Of a DNA stretch of 57,536 bases, positions 1 to 9,614 are shown one piece after another. Location: positions 1-57,536 of IMG/VR virus record IMGVR_UViG_3300036406_001093; one strand, written 5' to 3'. The DNA is from a virus (taxonomy: Duplodnaviria; Caudoviricetes). The position numbers and the translations under genes are program-made. The stretch's first letter is position 1. Every line of letters begins with the position of its first letter. Under the pieces are notes generated by a model. It was not told the DNA's origin, did not search any database, and worked only from the letters and a program-made list of their open reading frames with translations.

Positions 1-331
1 TGGCCGGAGGAATGGCCGCAATGGCGTCCGTGACGAACTGCTCGGTGGCGTAGCCGTTTAGGTCAACAGTCCCGCCCGTGACAACCCCGGCGATGGCCGC
101 CGTAATGGCCGCATCCACCTCGGCCTTGGAGTACAGCGTGGCGATCTGGCCGTCCACGTAGGCGGTCGTGGCGTAGGCAGACAGGTCTACGGTCTGGAGC
201 CCGCCGCCGGTCGGCAGCGCAGCCAGCAGGGCATCCACCTCGGCATCGGAGTAGTAGCCGACGATCCCCTTCGTCGGGTTGATCGCGCTGGCGAAGTTCT
301 GGTGCGGAGTCGGCCGGTCAGGTGCGGGCAT
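1..331 (-). CDS. Tail fibre-like protein, runs off the left edge
   Basis: Read by hand: MPAPDRPTPHQNF...VDLSAYATTAYVDGQI...YSKAEVDAAI...VDLNGYATEQFV; DLxxYAT and YSxAEVD repeats are typical of fibre shafts. Confidence 0.7.
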   Translation of the reverse strand, partial: MPAPDRPTPHQNFASAINPTKGIVGYYSDAEVDALLAALPTGGGLQTVDLSAYATTAYVDGQIATLYSKAEVDAAITAAIAGVVTGGTVDLNGYATEQFVTDAIAAIPPA

Positions 332-334
332 GGT

Positions 335-1267
335 TCACTCTGCGATGAGGGGCAGGAGGTAGCGCTTGCCGTTCACGATGATCGGAATGCCGCCAACGAT
401 GTCGGGCTGGTAGAAGTTCAGCCCGTCCGGCGCAAGGCCAATCGGCTGGCCGCTTGACTGCACCGTCGTGATGTCGTCGGCAAACGTGAGCACCGGGTCG
501 CGCAGAGCGGCTGCCGCTGGCGACTCGATCAGCGGCAGCATGTACGTCTTGCCGTTCACCCGGATCGGCACAGCGCCGACGATGTCCGGCTGATGGAAGG
601 TGAGGCCGTCCGGCGAGAGACCGATCGGCAGACCGTTGGCCTGCTCGGTCAGCATCGAGTCGGAGTACACGGGCGGGTTCGCGTTCGTGTACTCGCCCGT
701 GACGGGCGTCACGGGGTCGCCGGTCGGGTCCACCCAAATGGCGCCGCCGCCGGTTGGGGCGGGCGGCTCGGTGTCCGAGATCAGCACGGGCTCGGCGAAG
801 TACCAGCCGGTGCTCGGGTCGAGGTCGGACCGCAGGTAGCCGTCGCCCGTCGGGGTCGGCATCTGGTAGCCCGGGCTGGTCATCTTGCCGTCGCGGGCAA
901 GAAGGACGCCGTACCACAGTTCTCCGAACGCTCCGCCGTTGGCGATGACGTTGCCGTTGCCGAACACGTCGCCGGAGTTCCAGTCGGGCGAGGTGGCCTG
1001 CACCCGGGCGAACGTGACGTCGGTGTCGCGGAATGCGGCCCTGAGAACCATCTGCTCCGCCCAAGTCTGGACGGGCATCGCGGGGTCCTCGGGCAATCCG
1101 ACGGGGTTGCCGACCGTGTTGATCGTGCCGCTCGGCACGTTTGCCAGCGCGAGGTCGACGAGTTGCTTGACCGTCACTCGCTGCGTGGTGCCGCCGTTGA
1201 CGACCGGGATGAGGCCGGTCGGCTGGGCGGTGCCCGCGGGCAGTGCGGAGATGCGAACGTCAGCCAC
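335..1267 (-). CDS. Virion/tail fibre-associated protein with C-terminal duplicated ~42-aa module
   Basis: N-terminal ADVRISALP-type motif; two copies of PIGL[SA]PDGLxFxQPDIVG..PI.VNGK.Y.LPLI. Confidence 0.65.
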   Translation of the reverse strand: MADVRISALPAGTAQPTGLIPVVNGGTTQRVTVKQLVDLALANVPSGTINTVGNPVGLPEDPAMPVQTWAEQMVLRAAFRDTDVTFARVQATSPDWNSGDVFGNGNVIANGGAFGELWYGVLLARDGKMTSPGYQMPTPTGDGYLRSDLDPSTGWYFAEPVLISDTEPPAPTGGGAIWVDPTGDPVTPVTGEYTNANPPVYSDSMLTEQANGLPIGLSPDGLTFHQPDIVGAVPIRVNGKTYMLPLIESPAAAALRDPVLTFADDITTVQSSGQPIGLAPDGLNFYQPDIVGGIPIIVNGKRYLLPLIAE

Positions 1268-1886
1268 CCAGCACCTCCGCGAAGTTGGCTAAGACTTCAA
1301 ACTTCTCGCGTGCCGATTCGCTGACCTCGTCTCCCTTGCGGACGTTATCGCCGTGCCACATGGGCTGGAGGTTCCTCCAGTTGCAGACCGCCAGAAGTTG
1401 GGCCCGGTCGGTCAGGTCTGCTTGCGAGCACGGGTAGTCGTGGTCGATGCTCCATCGTCCATCGCCGACGCCGCGGTTGTTCCATGTCATCCCGGGCTGG
1501 AACTGCGACTCGATGTGGGCCTTGAGGTCGTCGACTGTGCAGCCGAGGTCACGGATGGCGGAGCCTGTCTTCTGCCCGTTCTTGACGGCGGAACACAGCC
1601 GGGAACGCAGCGAGCAGGCAACCGAGAAGGAGAGGTCGCCCCGCCGCCTCGCCTTGCTGCGTTCACGCCGCCGCTCCTTGGAGGCCGGGCTGGCGTATGA
1701 GCCGGAAGCCTTCTTCCTGTCCGGGTGCCGCGCGCGATACCTCGACTGGGCAGGCGCGAGCGCGTCGAGGTGCGCAGCCCACCGCTCGGGCGTGGCCTGC
1801 GCCTTCCGGGCCCAAAAAACGCACGGAGTCACCTTCCCCCGAAGGGCGGCGACCTGCTCGTCGAATGTTGGTGCGTCGGGGGTCAT
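1260..1886 (-). CDS. Free-standing HNH/EndoVII-like homing endonuclease
   Basis: LGCTVDDLKAHIESQFQPGMTWNN...WSIDH..PC...NWRNLQPMW..DN..KG; basic N-terminus. Confidence 0.8.
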   Translation of the reverse strand: MTPDAPTFDEQVAALRGKVTPCVFWARKAQATPERWAAHLDALAPAQSRYRARHPDRKKASGSYASPASKERRRERSKARRRGDLSFSVACSLRSRLCSAVKNGQKTGSAIRDLGCTVDDLKAHIESQFQPGMTWNNRGVGDGRWSIDHDYPCSQADLTDRAQLLAVCNWRNLQPMWHGDNVRKGDEVSESAREKFEVLANFAEVLGG

Positions 1887-2038
1887 GGCGTTTCGGTTCG
1901 GAGTTTGTCAGCCTTCTCGGTGTTGATCACCTCGCCCGTCTCGGCGAGGATGCGGTGCGTCTCGATGACCGGCGGCGGTGGCGGAACGTAGCCTCCGTTG
2001 CGTCGTTCAAGCGGCGGCGCGAGGAAGCGGTCGCTCAC
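1883..2038 (-). CDS. Small hypothetical protein (51 aa)
   Basis: Hand-read ORF MSDRFLAPPLERR...LRTETP filling the gap; ATGA overlap with the HNH start. Confidence 0.6.
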   Translation of the reverse strand: MSDRFLAPPLERRNGGYVPPPPPVIETHRILAETGEVINTEKADKLRTETP

Positions 2039-2041
2039 GGG

Positions 2042-2356
2042 TCACCCCTTCACGCAGAGAGTTCCCTCCACGTCGGCTCCCCGCACCACGATGTATGGGG
2101 CGGCATAGACGGCGGTCGGGAAGGCGTACGCCTTGCCAGCCGCTACGGCGACCGTGCAGGGCTGGGCCTCCTCGTTGATCAGCGGGGACGGCTCGTCGCC
2201 GGGCTTCCCCACGACGCAGAGTTCGAGCGTGCCGCCGCCGGTCTCGACGATCAGGATGGCGCCCGAGACGGCGGAGAACTGCACGACGGTGCCGCTGCCG
2301 TCGGCGGCAAACTTCACCGGGTACGATCCGCCGCCGCGCTTGACTACAGGGGGCAT
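2042..2356 (-). CDS. Hypothetical virion protein (beta-rich)
   Basis: ORF with GGAG RBS, downstream of a CCATAA motif. Confidence 0.7.
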   Translation of the reverse strand: MPPVVKRGGGSYPVKFAADGSGTVVQFSAVSGAILIVETGGGTLELCVVGKPGDEPSPLINEEAQPCTVAVAAGKAYAFPTAVYAAPYIVVRGADVEGTLCVKG

Positions 2357-2386
2357 GCCAGCCTCTCCGTGGGTGCTACGCCCTTG

Positions 2387-2394
2387 TTATGGCG
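2387..2394 (-). promoter_or_regulatory. Putative late promoter motif CGCCATAA
   Basis: Intergenic, ~30 nt upstream of the ATG at 2356; recurs before other late genes. Confidence 0.55.
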
Positions 2395-2415
2395 TCGGCC
2401 ACGGCAGGCCCAGCA

Positions 2416-2964
2416 TCACTTGCCCTTGCGCTTCCAGTGCGGCGTGTGCTTGTCCCGAACGCGCTGCTCCGCGGCCTTTCTCGTCAGGCCGGGCTCGGCT
2501 GCCATCTCTTTCCGGGCCAGTTCTCGGACGAGACGCGGATTGAGCCCAGCGGCCCGCTGGGGCGGGGCAACACCCTCGGGCGGCGTGTAAGTCACCTGCC
2601 CGCGGACCTCCAGCCGACGCTTCTTGGCGACTCGGAGGAGATCGTCCTTGCCGCTGATCCATGCGTGCGGGTCGAGGTGCGCCCGGGAGTCCGCGATCCC
2701 GCCGTGGTAGTAGCGGCCCTCCGTGACGATACCAGCCTTCTTGGCCTCCCGCAGCATCCACTGGGCCTGCCGCTTGGGAATCTTGTCGAGCCACTCGGCG
2801 TTCTTGCGGCCCTGCATGAACGAGTCGTCCGTGCCGTGGATGCCCGGGGCGATCTGGAGGGCGCACATCTCGGCGAACCGCGGGGACTGCCCGGCCGCGA
2901 TCATCTTCTTGTAGTGCGCCTGCACCTCGGCGCTCGCCTGCGCGATCTCAAGCGGGAGGTCCAT
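2416..2964 (-). CDS. Hypothetical protein downstream of portal
   Basis: Natural-looking 182-aa ORF overlapping the portal stop. Confidence 0.75.
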   Translation of the reverse strand: MDLPLEIAQASAEVQAHYKKMIAAGQSPRFAEMCALQIAPGIHGTDDSFMQGRKNAEWLDKIPKRQAQWMLREAKKAGIVTEGRYYHGGIADSRAHLDPHAWISGKDDLLRVAKKRRLEVRGQVTYTPPEGVAPPQRAAGLNPRLVRELARKEMAAEPGLTRKAAEQRVRDKHTPHWKRKGK

Positions 2965-5056
2965 TCATCGGCTCCTCGGGGGTGGTCGGGGCCCCCGCCG
3001 CGCCGCTGCCATCATCGCCCTCGGGCGGAGGGGACCCGGTTCCGGGCGGAGGCATCGGCGGCGGCGGCGGGGGCGGAGGGATAAGGAACGGCGCGGCGTC
3101 GAGGTCGTTGGCCTTGGCCCAAACGTCGATCAAGGCGTTCAGCGGGCCGACGATCCCGGCGCCCACCAGCGGCTGGAGCAGCGGCCCGAGGGTCTGGAAC
3201 GCCATCGCCATGCGATCCTGCTCGGCCTGCTTGTTCAGTTTGCGGGCAGATCCGCTTGCGATGGTGTACGAGTACTCGCGGGTGATGGACGAGAAGTCCA
3301 TCCCGTCCTTGGGGGTGACGTGCATGGACCACGCCTCTGCGCCGAGCGGGCCAAGCACGGGCGCCACGTCCTGCGGTCGCAGCAGCCAGCGCGCAGCCAT
3401 GGCTTCCTTGCGGGCGACCCGGGACATGAAGTCCTCGAAGTTTTGGGCCATGTCGTCCGGGCGGATCGACAGGTTGTCCTGCTTGATGCTGGCCTCGCTG
3501 GCCGAGCGCATCTGATTCCGCGTGGAGCCGTACACGAGTTCGGTGAGCCCGACGCGCTTGTCGAACTGCTCCGCCACGGCGGCCAAAATGTCCCACATGT
3601 CCCGCGTCACGCCGGGGACGGCGAAGACCGATACGATGTCGCCTACCGATCGGCCGAGCGACTCGCTGATCTCCAACAGTTTGAAGCCGTTCTCCGACGG
3701 GGCGAGGAGTTGGTCCTTGATGTCCGCGTCCGCAGCCTTCGACACGCCGATGATCGTCTCGCACGACGTGGCAATGCGAGTCATGAGGAAGGACATTCCC
3801 CAGTTCAAGAACCGGAGTTCCCCGATCCCCGGGCGGATGTGGCTCACGGGCCAGAGTGCGTTCGGCTTGCGGTGGGGCGCGAACATCTCGAACGGCCAAC
3901 CGCCATTGTCGGCCCACAGCGGGATGGGCCACGCCGCACGGATGCGCAGCGTCTGCGGCAGCCCTTCCTCATCGAGTTCCTCGTCCATCACGGCCGGCGG
4001 GACGTTGAGCGGGTAGTCCACGCCCTCCGCGACGACGATGTAGCAGTTGTCGCCGAGGGGATCGAACACGCCGCGGTCGGACTTCTTGGCGTCCTTGAGC
4101 CGGTCGCCGAACCCGCACTTGCTCCAGACCTTGTAGAAGGTCACCAGATCGTTCGTCTTGCCGGTGCGCTTCTTGCCGGGCCTGCCATCCCCGTGCCGGT
4201 CGTCCACGTTGCGGGACGTCGAGTCGTACGATTCCAAGTTCGCCTTGAGGTCCGCTCGCTGGAGGCCGAACATGCGGGCCGCTTGGTCGATCGGGAGCAC
4301 GCACCGCTTGGCACACCATGTGATCTCCTCGATCACCTGCGCGTCCGGGTCCAGAAGCAGGTTGTCGACGGAGTCGTAGAACGAGCCGATGACGAGGGTT
4401 GGATCGGCCGGCGGCACGTTCTGCTGTGAGACAGCCTCGGTCCAGAGGACACCGCCGCCCTTGATGAGCGCCTCGTCCACGACCTGTCGGCCATGGGAGA
4501 TCAGGTTGTTCTCGATCGGGGTCCAGTTGAGGTACGTCTGCATCAACTCGGCGACGATCCGCTTGGTCTGGTCCGCGGCGTCGATCGCCTTGGAGGCGTC
4601 GATGAACTGCATCACCGCCGGATCGGGCATGGGCTGCCCGGTCATCGGGTCGATCTGGTACGCCTCCGGGTCGACCCCGACCATCTGCGGAGGGATCACC
4701 GGGAACTTCCGTGGGGTCACCGTGCGGACCGGGTTGCGGTTGTAGATGACCGCGCCGATGAGTTTCACCACCTCCCACACGCGATTCACGGTGAGGCGAA
4801 ACGCGGGCGCCGGGGTGGGGCGTGACATGAGGGTCAGGCCGCGGTTGCTGTTCTCGAAGAACCACCGGGGCCCGCCATCGAAGAAGTGCATCGCCTCGCG
4901 GGCGTCAGAGTCGAACGCCGACTTGGCCTTCTTGGCCGCCGCAATCTTCTTCAGCCACATCTGCGCGATGGGCTTGAGCGGCGAGGCAGGGTTCAGGGGA
5001 GACTGCTTGAGGTCATCCCCGTCGCCCTTGTCCTCCTTGAGATCGTCTTCGGCCAT
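2948..5056 (-). CDS. Portal protein
   Basis: 702 aa just downstream of the large terminase; LLDPDA...W..KR portal-like motif, helical C-half, Pro-rich tail; GGAGG RBS. Confidence 0.8.
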   Translation of the reverse strand: MAEDDLKEDKGDGDDLKQSPLNPASPLKPIAQMWLKKIAAAKKAKSAFDSDAREAMHFFDGGPRWFFENSNRGLTLMSRPTPAPAFRLTVNRVWEVVKLIGAVIYNRNPVRTVTPRKFPVIPPQMVGVDPEAYQIDPMTGQPMPDPAVMQFIDASKAIDAADQTKRIVAELMQTYLNWTPIENNLISHGRQVVDEALIKGGGVLWTEAVSQQNVPPADPTLVIGSFYDSVDNLLLDPDAQVIEEITWCAKRCVLPIDQAARMFGLQRADLKANLESYDSTSRNVDDRHGDGRPGKKRTGKTNDLVTFYKVWSKCGFGDRLKDAKKSDRGVFDPLGDNCYIVVAEGVDYPLNVPPAVMDEELDEEGLPQTLRIRAAWPIPLWADNGGWPFEMFAPHRKPNALWPVSHIRPGIGELRFLNWGMSFLMTRIATSCETIIGVSKAADADIKDQLLAPSENGFKLLEISESLGRSVGDIVSVFAVPGVTRDMWDILAAVAEQFDKRVGLTELVYGSTRNQMRSASEASIKQDNLSIRPDDMAQNFEDFMSRVARKEAMAARWLLRPQDVAPVLGPLGAEAWSMHVTPKDGMDFSSITREYSYTIASGSARKLNKQAEQDRMAMAFQTLGPLLQPLVGAGIVGPLNALIDVWAKANDLDAAPFLIPPPPPPPPMPPPGTGSPPPEGDDGSGAAGAPTTPEEPMNGPPA

Positions 5057-5074
5057 CGGTGTCCTCCGCCCGTT

Positions 5075-5082
5075 TTATGGCG
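5075..5082 (-). promoter_or_regulatory. Putative late promoter motif CGCCATAA
   Basis: In the 26-nt gap upstream of the portal ATG. Confidence 0.55.
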
Positions 5083-5433
5083 TCACTCCCCCTTCTTGCT
5101 GCCTTGCCGGGCGAGCAGGGAGACCACCTGCGGCATCATCGTGCGCAGTTTCTTCAGCGTCTCCGTTGCCGGGTGGAAGCGCCAGCACCCCCACTGCCGC
5201 CACGCGGAGTTGTCCACGAGGCCCGGGTCGTCGGCGTGACGCACCGACGGCTTTTCGACGAACCCCTCGTCGGGGGAGAAGGTCAGGATGAAGACCGTGT
5301 TCACGCCCGGGCGGCGGGAGACCCAGCCGATCACCGGGTCCTTCTGGTTCAGGACGTTGCTGTAGAACAGCACCATGTCCCCGAGTTCCACCGTCTGCGT
5401 CGGGAAGTCAGACCCACTCGTACTGCTCGACAT
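5083..5433 (-). CDS. Hypothetical protein
   Basis: ATG at 5433 (MSSSTSGSDFP) overlapping the terminase 3' end. Confidence 0.7.
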   Translation of the reverse strand: MSSSTSGSDFPTQTVELGDMVLFYSNVLNQKDPVIGWVSRRPGVNTVFILTFSPDEGFVEKPSVRHADDPGLVDNSAWRQWGCWRFHPATETLKKLRTMMPQVVSLLARQGSKKGE

Positions 5434-7111
5434 TCGTCGTCTCCTCGCTTGACGCACTGGCGTCGGATGCCGGGCCCAGATAAACGCACGCACCCACCCG
5501 GTTCTTGGTCTTGCGCGCGATGTAGTTGATTATCCACTCGGGGGTCGTATCCGACTCGTCCTTTTTCGGAGGCGAGCGGTACTTCGGCTCGGAGGCGACG
5601 ATGTACTCCATGCACTGGCATGCATGCACCTCGCCGCGGGTGTTCGGCTCGTCGCTGACGACGGAGAGCCCGTTGATGAAATGCGTCTTCTTGCGGTAGC
5701 GCCGCAGTTCGCGCTCTAGGTTCGGGCACGCCCCCCGCAGCACCCGGAGCCGCGGCTTGCCGTCCGGGCGGATGTACAGGGCCGTGCGCACGGCGGAGGT
5801 CCGGGCCTGAATGTCATCGCAGCCCGCCAAGAACCCCGCCCCGGTCGTCAGGGAGCGCAGTTTGTACAGCCGCATCTGCTCCATGTACTGCTCGACCACG
5901 GCCCGGCCGGAGCCGATGTCCGTGATCCGGCCGCCGTGCATGTCGATGATCCACTGGTGGAACTGCTGTCCCTGCACCTTCTCGGCGAACTTCTGGCCGA
6001 AGATCGCCGCAGAGCACTGCCGGATGTACAGTTCGTCGTAGACCAGCACCATCGAGTTGTCTGGCGGGACGGCCGCGAACAGAGCCGCGGTCACCGAGTG
6101 CCCCGGGTCGATAGCCGCAAACCGCGTCCAGTCCGCGGGAATCTGGCCGTCGGGAAGGTCCTCGCGCAGGAACCCGTGGACCGACATGGCGAAGTTGGGG
6201 TAGACGAGGACGGAGTCCGTGATGAACTCGCCCTCGGCGCGCATCCGGAGCACGTCTTCGCCCTGCGCCGCCCACCGCTCCAGCATCTTGGACTTCTCGG
6301 CTGAGTCGATCCAAGCGTTATCGAGAAAGCGCAGCGTGAACTTCTTGATGGTCGTCTCGGCTGTGCCTGCCTCCTCGGCGCGGTCGGCGCGCTCGGACAG
6401 GGACAGCAGCGACTCCGACCGCGAGTGCGGCATGGCCGACCAGACCAGCCGCCCCTTTTTGTCGGCGAGCCGGGCCTGCGCCTCGGGGAGGATGTTGTCG
6501 TTTCCGACGTCCTCGTCGATGTGGATCAGCGAGGCGGCGTAGCCTTGGGCAGGTTCTCCCTCGGCGCTGAAGAACTGAATCTTCCAGCCGTTGTGGAGTT
6601 CGATATGGTTGCAGTAGTTGCTGGACTTCAGCACCCACGAGATGGTCTTGATCATCCGCGGCGGGATCAGGGGCGGGGCCGGCTTGGCGAGGTGCTTCCG
6701 CGCCTCGTCGGTGACCGGGTTGAACGCCCGCCACTTCCCCGTCTGCTCGTCACGGATGATCTTGAACGCCCCCGCCTTCAGGAGGTAGGGCACTGCCACG
6801 AGCCCGATGTGGGTCCAGTTCCGGCCGATGATCACCAGCAGCCCGTCCTTCTCCGGGTACTTCCCGTACGGGTCTTGCCCGGTTGCGGCGCGAGCGTCCT
6901 CGACGAACGTGCAGAGTGACTTTCCTGATCGGTTGCCGCCAATCACCAGCGCCTCGGAGGAGCGACACTTGTGGAACTCGTCCTGCATGGGGGAGGGCGT
7001 GTAGAGTTTCAGCGCCTCGATCCGGCGTTCGTTGATCTCGGCCTGTAGTTCACGCAGGCGATCCTGCGCGAACTTGGACGGCTTACCCGGCGGGTTCGGT
7101 AGCGGTTGCAT
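5408..7111 (-). CDS. terL: Terminase large subunit
   Basis: Q motif (PSPMQDEFH), Walker A GGNRSGKS, Walker B IHIDE, RNase H-like AIDPG...VYDELY. Confidence 0.93.
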   Translation of the reverse strand: MQPLPNPPGKPSKFAQDRLRELQAEINERRIEALKLYTPSPMQDEFHKCRSSEALVIGGNRSGKSLCTFVEDARAATGQDPYGKYPEKDGLLVIIGRNWTHIGLVAVPYLLKAGAFKIIRDEQTGKWRAFNPVTDEARKHLAKPAPPLIPPRMIKTISWVLKSSNYCNHIELHNGWKIQFFSAEGEPAQGYAASLIHIDEDVGNDNILPEAQARLADKKGRLVWSAMPHSRSESLLSLSERADRAEEAGTAETTIKKFTLRFLDNAWIDSAEKSKMLERWAAQGEDVLRMRAEGEFITDSVLVYPNFAMSVHGFLREDLPDGQIPADWTRFAAIDPGHSVTAALFAAVPPDNSMVLVYDELYIRQCSAAIFGQKFAEKVQGQQFHQWIIDMHGGRITDIGSGRAVVEQYMEQMRLYKLRSLTTGAGFLAGCDDIQARTSAVRTALYIRPDGKPRLRVLRGACPNLERELRRYRKKTHFINGLSVVSDEPNTRGEVHACQCMEYIVASEPKYRSPPKKDESDTTPEWIINYIARKTKNRVGACVYLGPASDASASSEETTNVEQYEWV

Positions 7112-7631
7112 CGACCACCTCCAGTTTGGGCGCAGGGAGGGCGACCATGCTGGCCGCGGCCTCCACCAGCCGCTGCTCGATCTCTTCGTTGAGTTCGTCC
7201 TCGGACCAAAATGTTAGCGGCTTCTTGGAGCCGCCCTGCTCGGCGTTGGTGGTCACGAGCCGGGTCATCATCTCCAGCATCTTTGTCCGGGCGGCGCTTC
7301 CGGGCTTTGCGTCGAAGTACTGCTTCAGCACGATGCTGGAGAACCCGGCGACACCGCCGAAGTAGGTCATCAACTGTTCGAGCAACTCGGCCGAGTGCGG
7401 CACGGTGGCCCCGCCGACGCGCGTGGCTGCGATCAGCGAGTCGACCGCCCGCCCCTCGATCTGCGCCATCTTGCGGGCGCGGCTCTCGGCCTTTTGGGCC
7501 TGCGAAGCCTTGCGCTTCTTCGTGACGCAGGCCAGACACATCGCCGTCTGCTTGCGGTACAGAGGAAACGTCACCGGATCATCCGGCCGGACCTCGCCGC
7601 ACTCCACGCAGCACTTCTCGCCGGGCCCCAC
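7083..7631 (-). CDS. Zn-finger protein, candidate terminase small subunit
   Basis: GTG at 7631 with GAGGAGG RBS; CxxC...CxxC; directly upstream of terL. Confidence 0.5.
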   Translation of the reverse strand: MGPGEKCCVECGEVRPDDPVTFPLYRKQTAMCLACVTKKRKASQAQKAESRARKMAQIEGRAVDSLIAATRVGGATVPHSAELLEQLMTYFGGVAGFSSIVLKQYFDAKPGSAARTKMLEMMTRLVTTNAEQGGSKKPLTFWSEDELNEEIEQRLVEAAASMVALPAPKLEVVDATATEPAG

Positions 7632-7713
7632 GGGGCACCTCCTCACGATGGAAACCCGATCGGGAGCGTCCTCCCGACCGGGCCCCGAGCGTCCGGCGGA
7701 TGCCGGACTAGAA

Positions 7714-8274
7714 CTAGCCGAGCAGGCCCGACAGCGGGCTCCTGCCCGGGCTGAATCCGCCGCCCCCGATCCTCTGGCCGCCCGCGCCATACAGGTTCAT
7801 GCCGGGCGTGTTCTGGGTGCCACCAGCCAGATTGCCCATCACGGAGGCCATCGAGTTGGTCGCGTTGTTCATCGCGCCCGTGACGTTCTTCGAGTGCTCC
7901 CGCTTCGTGTCCTCGGCGTACATGCCGAGTTGCCGCTGCGTGCCAGAGTCGAACTTCCGGCGGGACGCCTCCTCTTGGATGGCCCGCTTCTCGAACTGCT
8001 GCTGGCGACGGGTGTCGTCGTACATGCGACGGCTGGCAGCCTGCTGCGCCTCCCACGCCTCGCGGGCGGCGTACTTCTCCGCCTCGCGGTTGGGGCCGTA
8101 CATGCCAGTCATCATCTGGCTGGCCGGAAGCATCTGCCCGGGGCCGCGGGTGTCGGTGTTGGCGCCTCGGGCGTGCATGGCCGCCTCGTACGCCTGACGC
8201 TCCTGCGCCTGCTGCTGGCGGGCGTAGTAGTCGTCGTAGGACTCGTCCCAATCGGACTCGTAGGTGTCAGCCAT
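7714..8274 (-). CDS. Q/A/G-rich hypothetical (possible internal virion protein)
   Basis: 186-aa ORF, low-complexity helical composition. Confidence 0.65.
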   Translation of the reverse strand: MADTYESDWDESYDDYYARQQQAQERQAYEAAMHARGANTDTRGPGQMLPASQMMTGMYGPNREAEKYAAREAWEAQQAASRRMYDDTRRQQQFEKRAIQEEASRRKFDSGTQRQLGMYAEDTKREHSKNVTGAMNNATNSMASVMGNLAGGTQNTPGMNLYGAGGQRIGGGGFSPGRSPLSGLLG

Positions 8275-8275
8275 G

Positions 8276-8689
8276 TCAGGCTTCCTTCGGGGGCGCGGGC
8301 GGCTTGGGCGGGTTGTGCTTCAGGGGGTCCGGTTCGTGGTACGAGGCGCCAGAGTCGTACACCGTGTCGCGGCTTGCCGAGCCGCTCTCGCTGTCGATGC
8401 GGGTGCCCGGCAGGATCATCTTGCCGTTGTAGATGCCGCCTTGGCCGCCCGTCGCCGCGAAGCCGTCGATGTAGTCCTTCAGTTCGGCGATCCGCCGGCC
8501 GGTCGCGAGCGAGCCCTCAATGTCCCCCCGGTACAGGTTGGACAACTGCGCTGCCCCGAGAGTCGCGGCCTCGTCGCCGACCTTGTAGGCGGCGTCCTGC
8601 CCGGAGTGGTCGTAGTTGACGGAGCGAGACCCGCTGGATGAGGTCTTGCCCCCGGCGCTCAACTCGTTGACTGGGCCGTATTGGTACAT
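8276..8689 (-). CDS. Hypothetical virion-associated protein
   Basis: 137-aa ORF tightly packed with its neighbour. Confidence 0.65.
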   Translation of the reverse strand: MYQYGPVNELSAGGKTSSSGSRSVNYDHSGQDAAYKVGDEAATLGAAQLSNLYRGDIEGSLATGRRIAELKDYIDGFAATGGQGGIYNGKMILPGTRIDSESGSASRDTVYDSGASYHEPDPLKHNPPKPPAPPKEA

Positions 8690-8702
8690 GGGCTCACATA
8701 TG

Positions 8703-8742
8703 AGAACGGGCGACGGGGCGGCGTCCTGCCATCCCGCCGCCC
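8703..8742 (-). terminator. Hairpin after the capsid operon
   Basis: GGGCGGCGGGATGGC-AGGAC-GCCGCCCCGTCGCCC followed by GTTCTC on the minus strand; weak U-tract. Confidence 0.5.
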
Positions 8743-8774
8743 GCGAGGTCAGTCAGGCCCGGGCCCGACCGAGA

Positions 8775-9035
8775 TCACTTTTCCGTCGGGGTGTCCTTGT
8801 TGGCCTTCTCCAGAGCACGCTCCTCGGCACGCAGCGCCTTGGCACGCTCCTCGTTCTTGGAGGCGTAGAACCGGGCACGGGCGGCACGCCGCTCCCGCCG
8901 CATCTCCTGCTTCGACTGCTTGATCTGGTGACCAAGTTCGAGGCGGTCGTGGGCGTCGGTGTGGTCCACCGTGTCACCAGCGAACGCCATCGGGGCGAAG
9001 GCCAGCAGCAGGGCGCCGATCAGGAATCGCTTCAT
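8775..9035 (-). CDS. Small secreted coiled-coil protein
   Basis: Signal peptide MKRFLIGALLLAFAPMAFA followed by a charged helical region. Confidence 0.7.
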   Translation of the reverse strand: MKRFLIGALLLAFAPMAFAGDTVDHTDAHDRLELGHQIKQSKQEMRRERRAARARFYASKNEERAKALRAEERALEKANKDTPTEK

Positions 9036-9050
9036 GGGGGTCACCTTGGG

Positions 9051-9575
9051 TCAGGGGATCGTCGGGGTCGTCGTGGTCGCGTCGGTGTCGGCGGTCGGGT
9101 CGACGACCACCTCGACCTCTTCCTCGGTGCCGTCGGCGAGAACTCGCGTGACGGGCACGGCGGTGCCGTTGACGACGTTGATCCGCTGCCGCTTGTTCGT
9201 GGCCGGGTCCGTGTACGGGCCCTGAATCACGAGCCAGCAGACCTCACCGGGCTCGCAGCCGCCGAGGGCGTCCGCGCCGGTGCCGGTCACCTTCGGCAGG
9301 TACTCGTCGACCACGCCCTTGTAGCCAGCCACCGTCTTGGCCGCGCCGGGCGCCCACGGGGTCGTGCCCGCGGCGTCGGTGTTGCGGACGGCGAGGCAGG
9401 TCACGATCTCGGGCGACAGGACGGCGCCGGTCTTCGCGTGAACGTCGGTGAACTCCTTCGTGGTCAGCACGACGGAGGCACCCGTGACGGTCGGGTCGGT
9501 CTTCTCGATGGGGTGATTCCACCGAGCACCGAGAACATGGCCGCGACCGAAGCCGGGATCGAACGTGTAGGACAT
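9051..9575 (-). CDS. Capsid decoration/cement-like protein
   Basis: Directly after the MCP; beta-rich with a G.VDE...GEVCWL..QGP pattern. Confidence 0.55.
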   Translation of the reverse strand: MSYTFDPGFGRGHVLGARWNHPIEKTDPTVTGASVVLTTKEFTDVHAKTGAVLSPEIVTCLAVRNTDAAGTTPWAPGAAKTVAGYKGVVDEYLPKVTGTGADALGGCEPGEVCWLVIQGPYTDPATNKRQRINVVNGTAVPVTRVLADGTEEEVEVVVDPTADTDATTTTPTIP

Positions 9576-9614
9576 GGTCTTGCGACTTCCTTGGGGGTGG
9601 TGGTGAGGTGGAGA

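Noticed and set aside
1260-2038. Group I intron around the endonuclease
   Set aside because: Flanking ORFs have their own starts and stops, and no non-coding intron core is present
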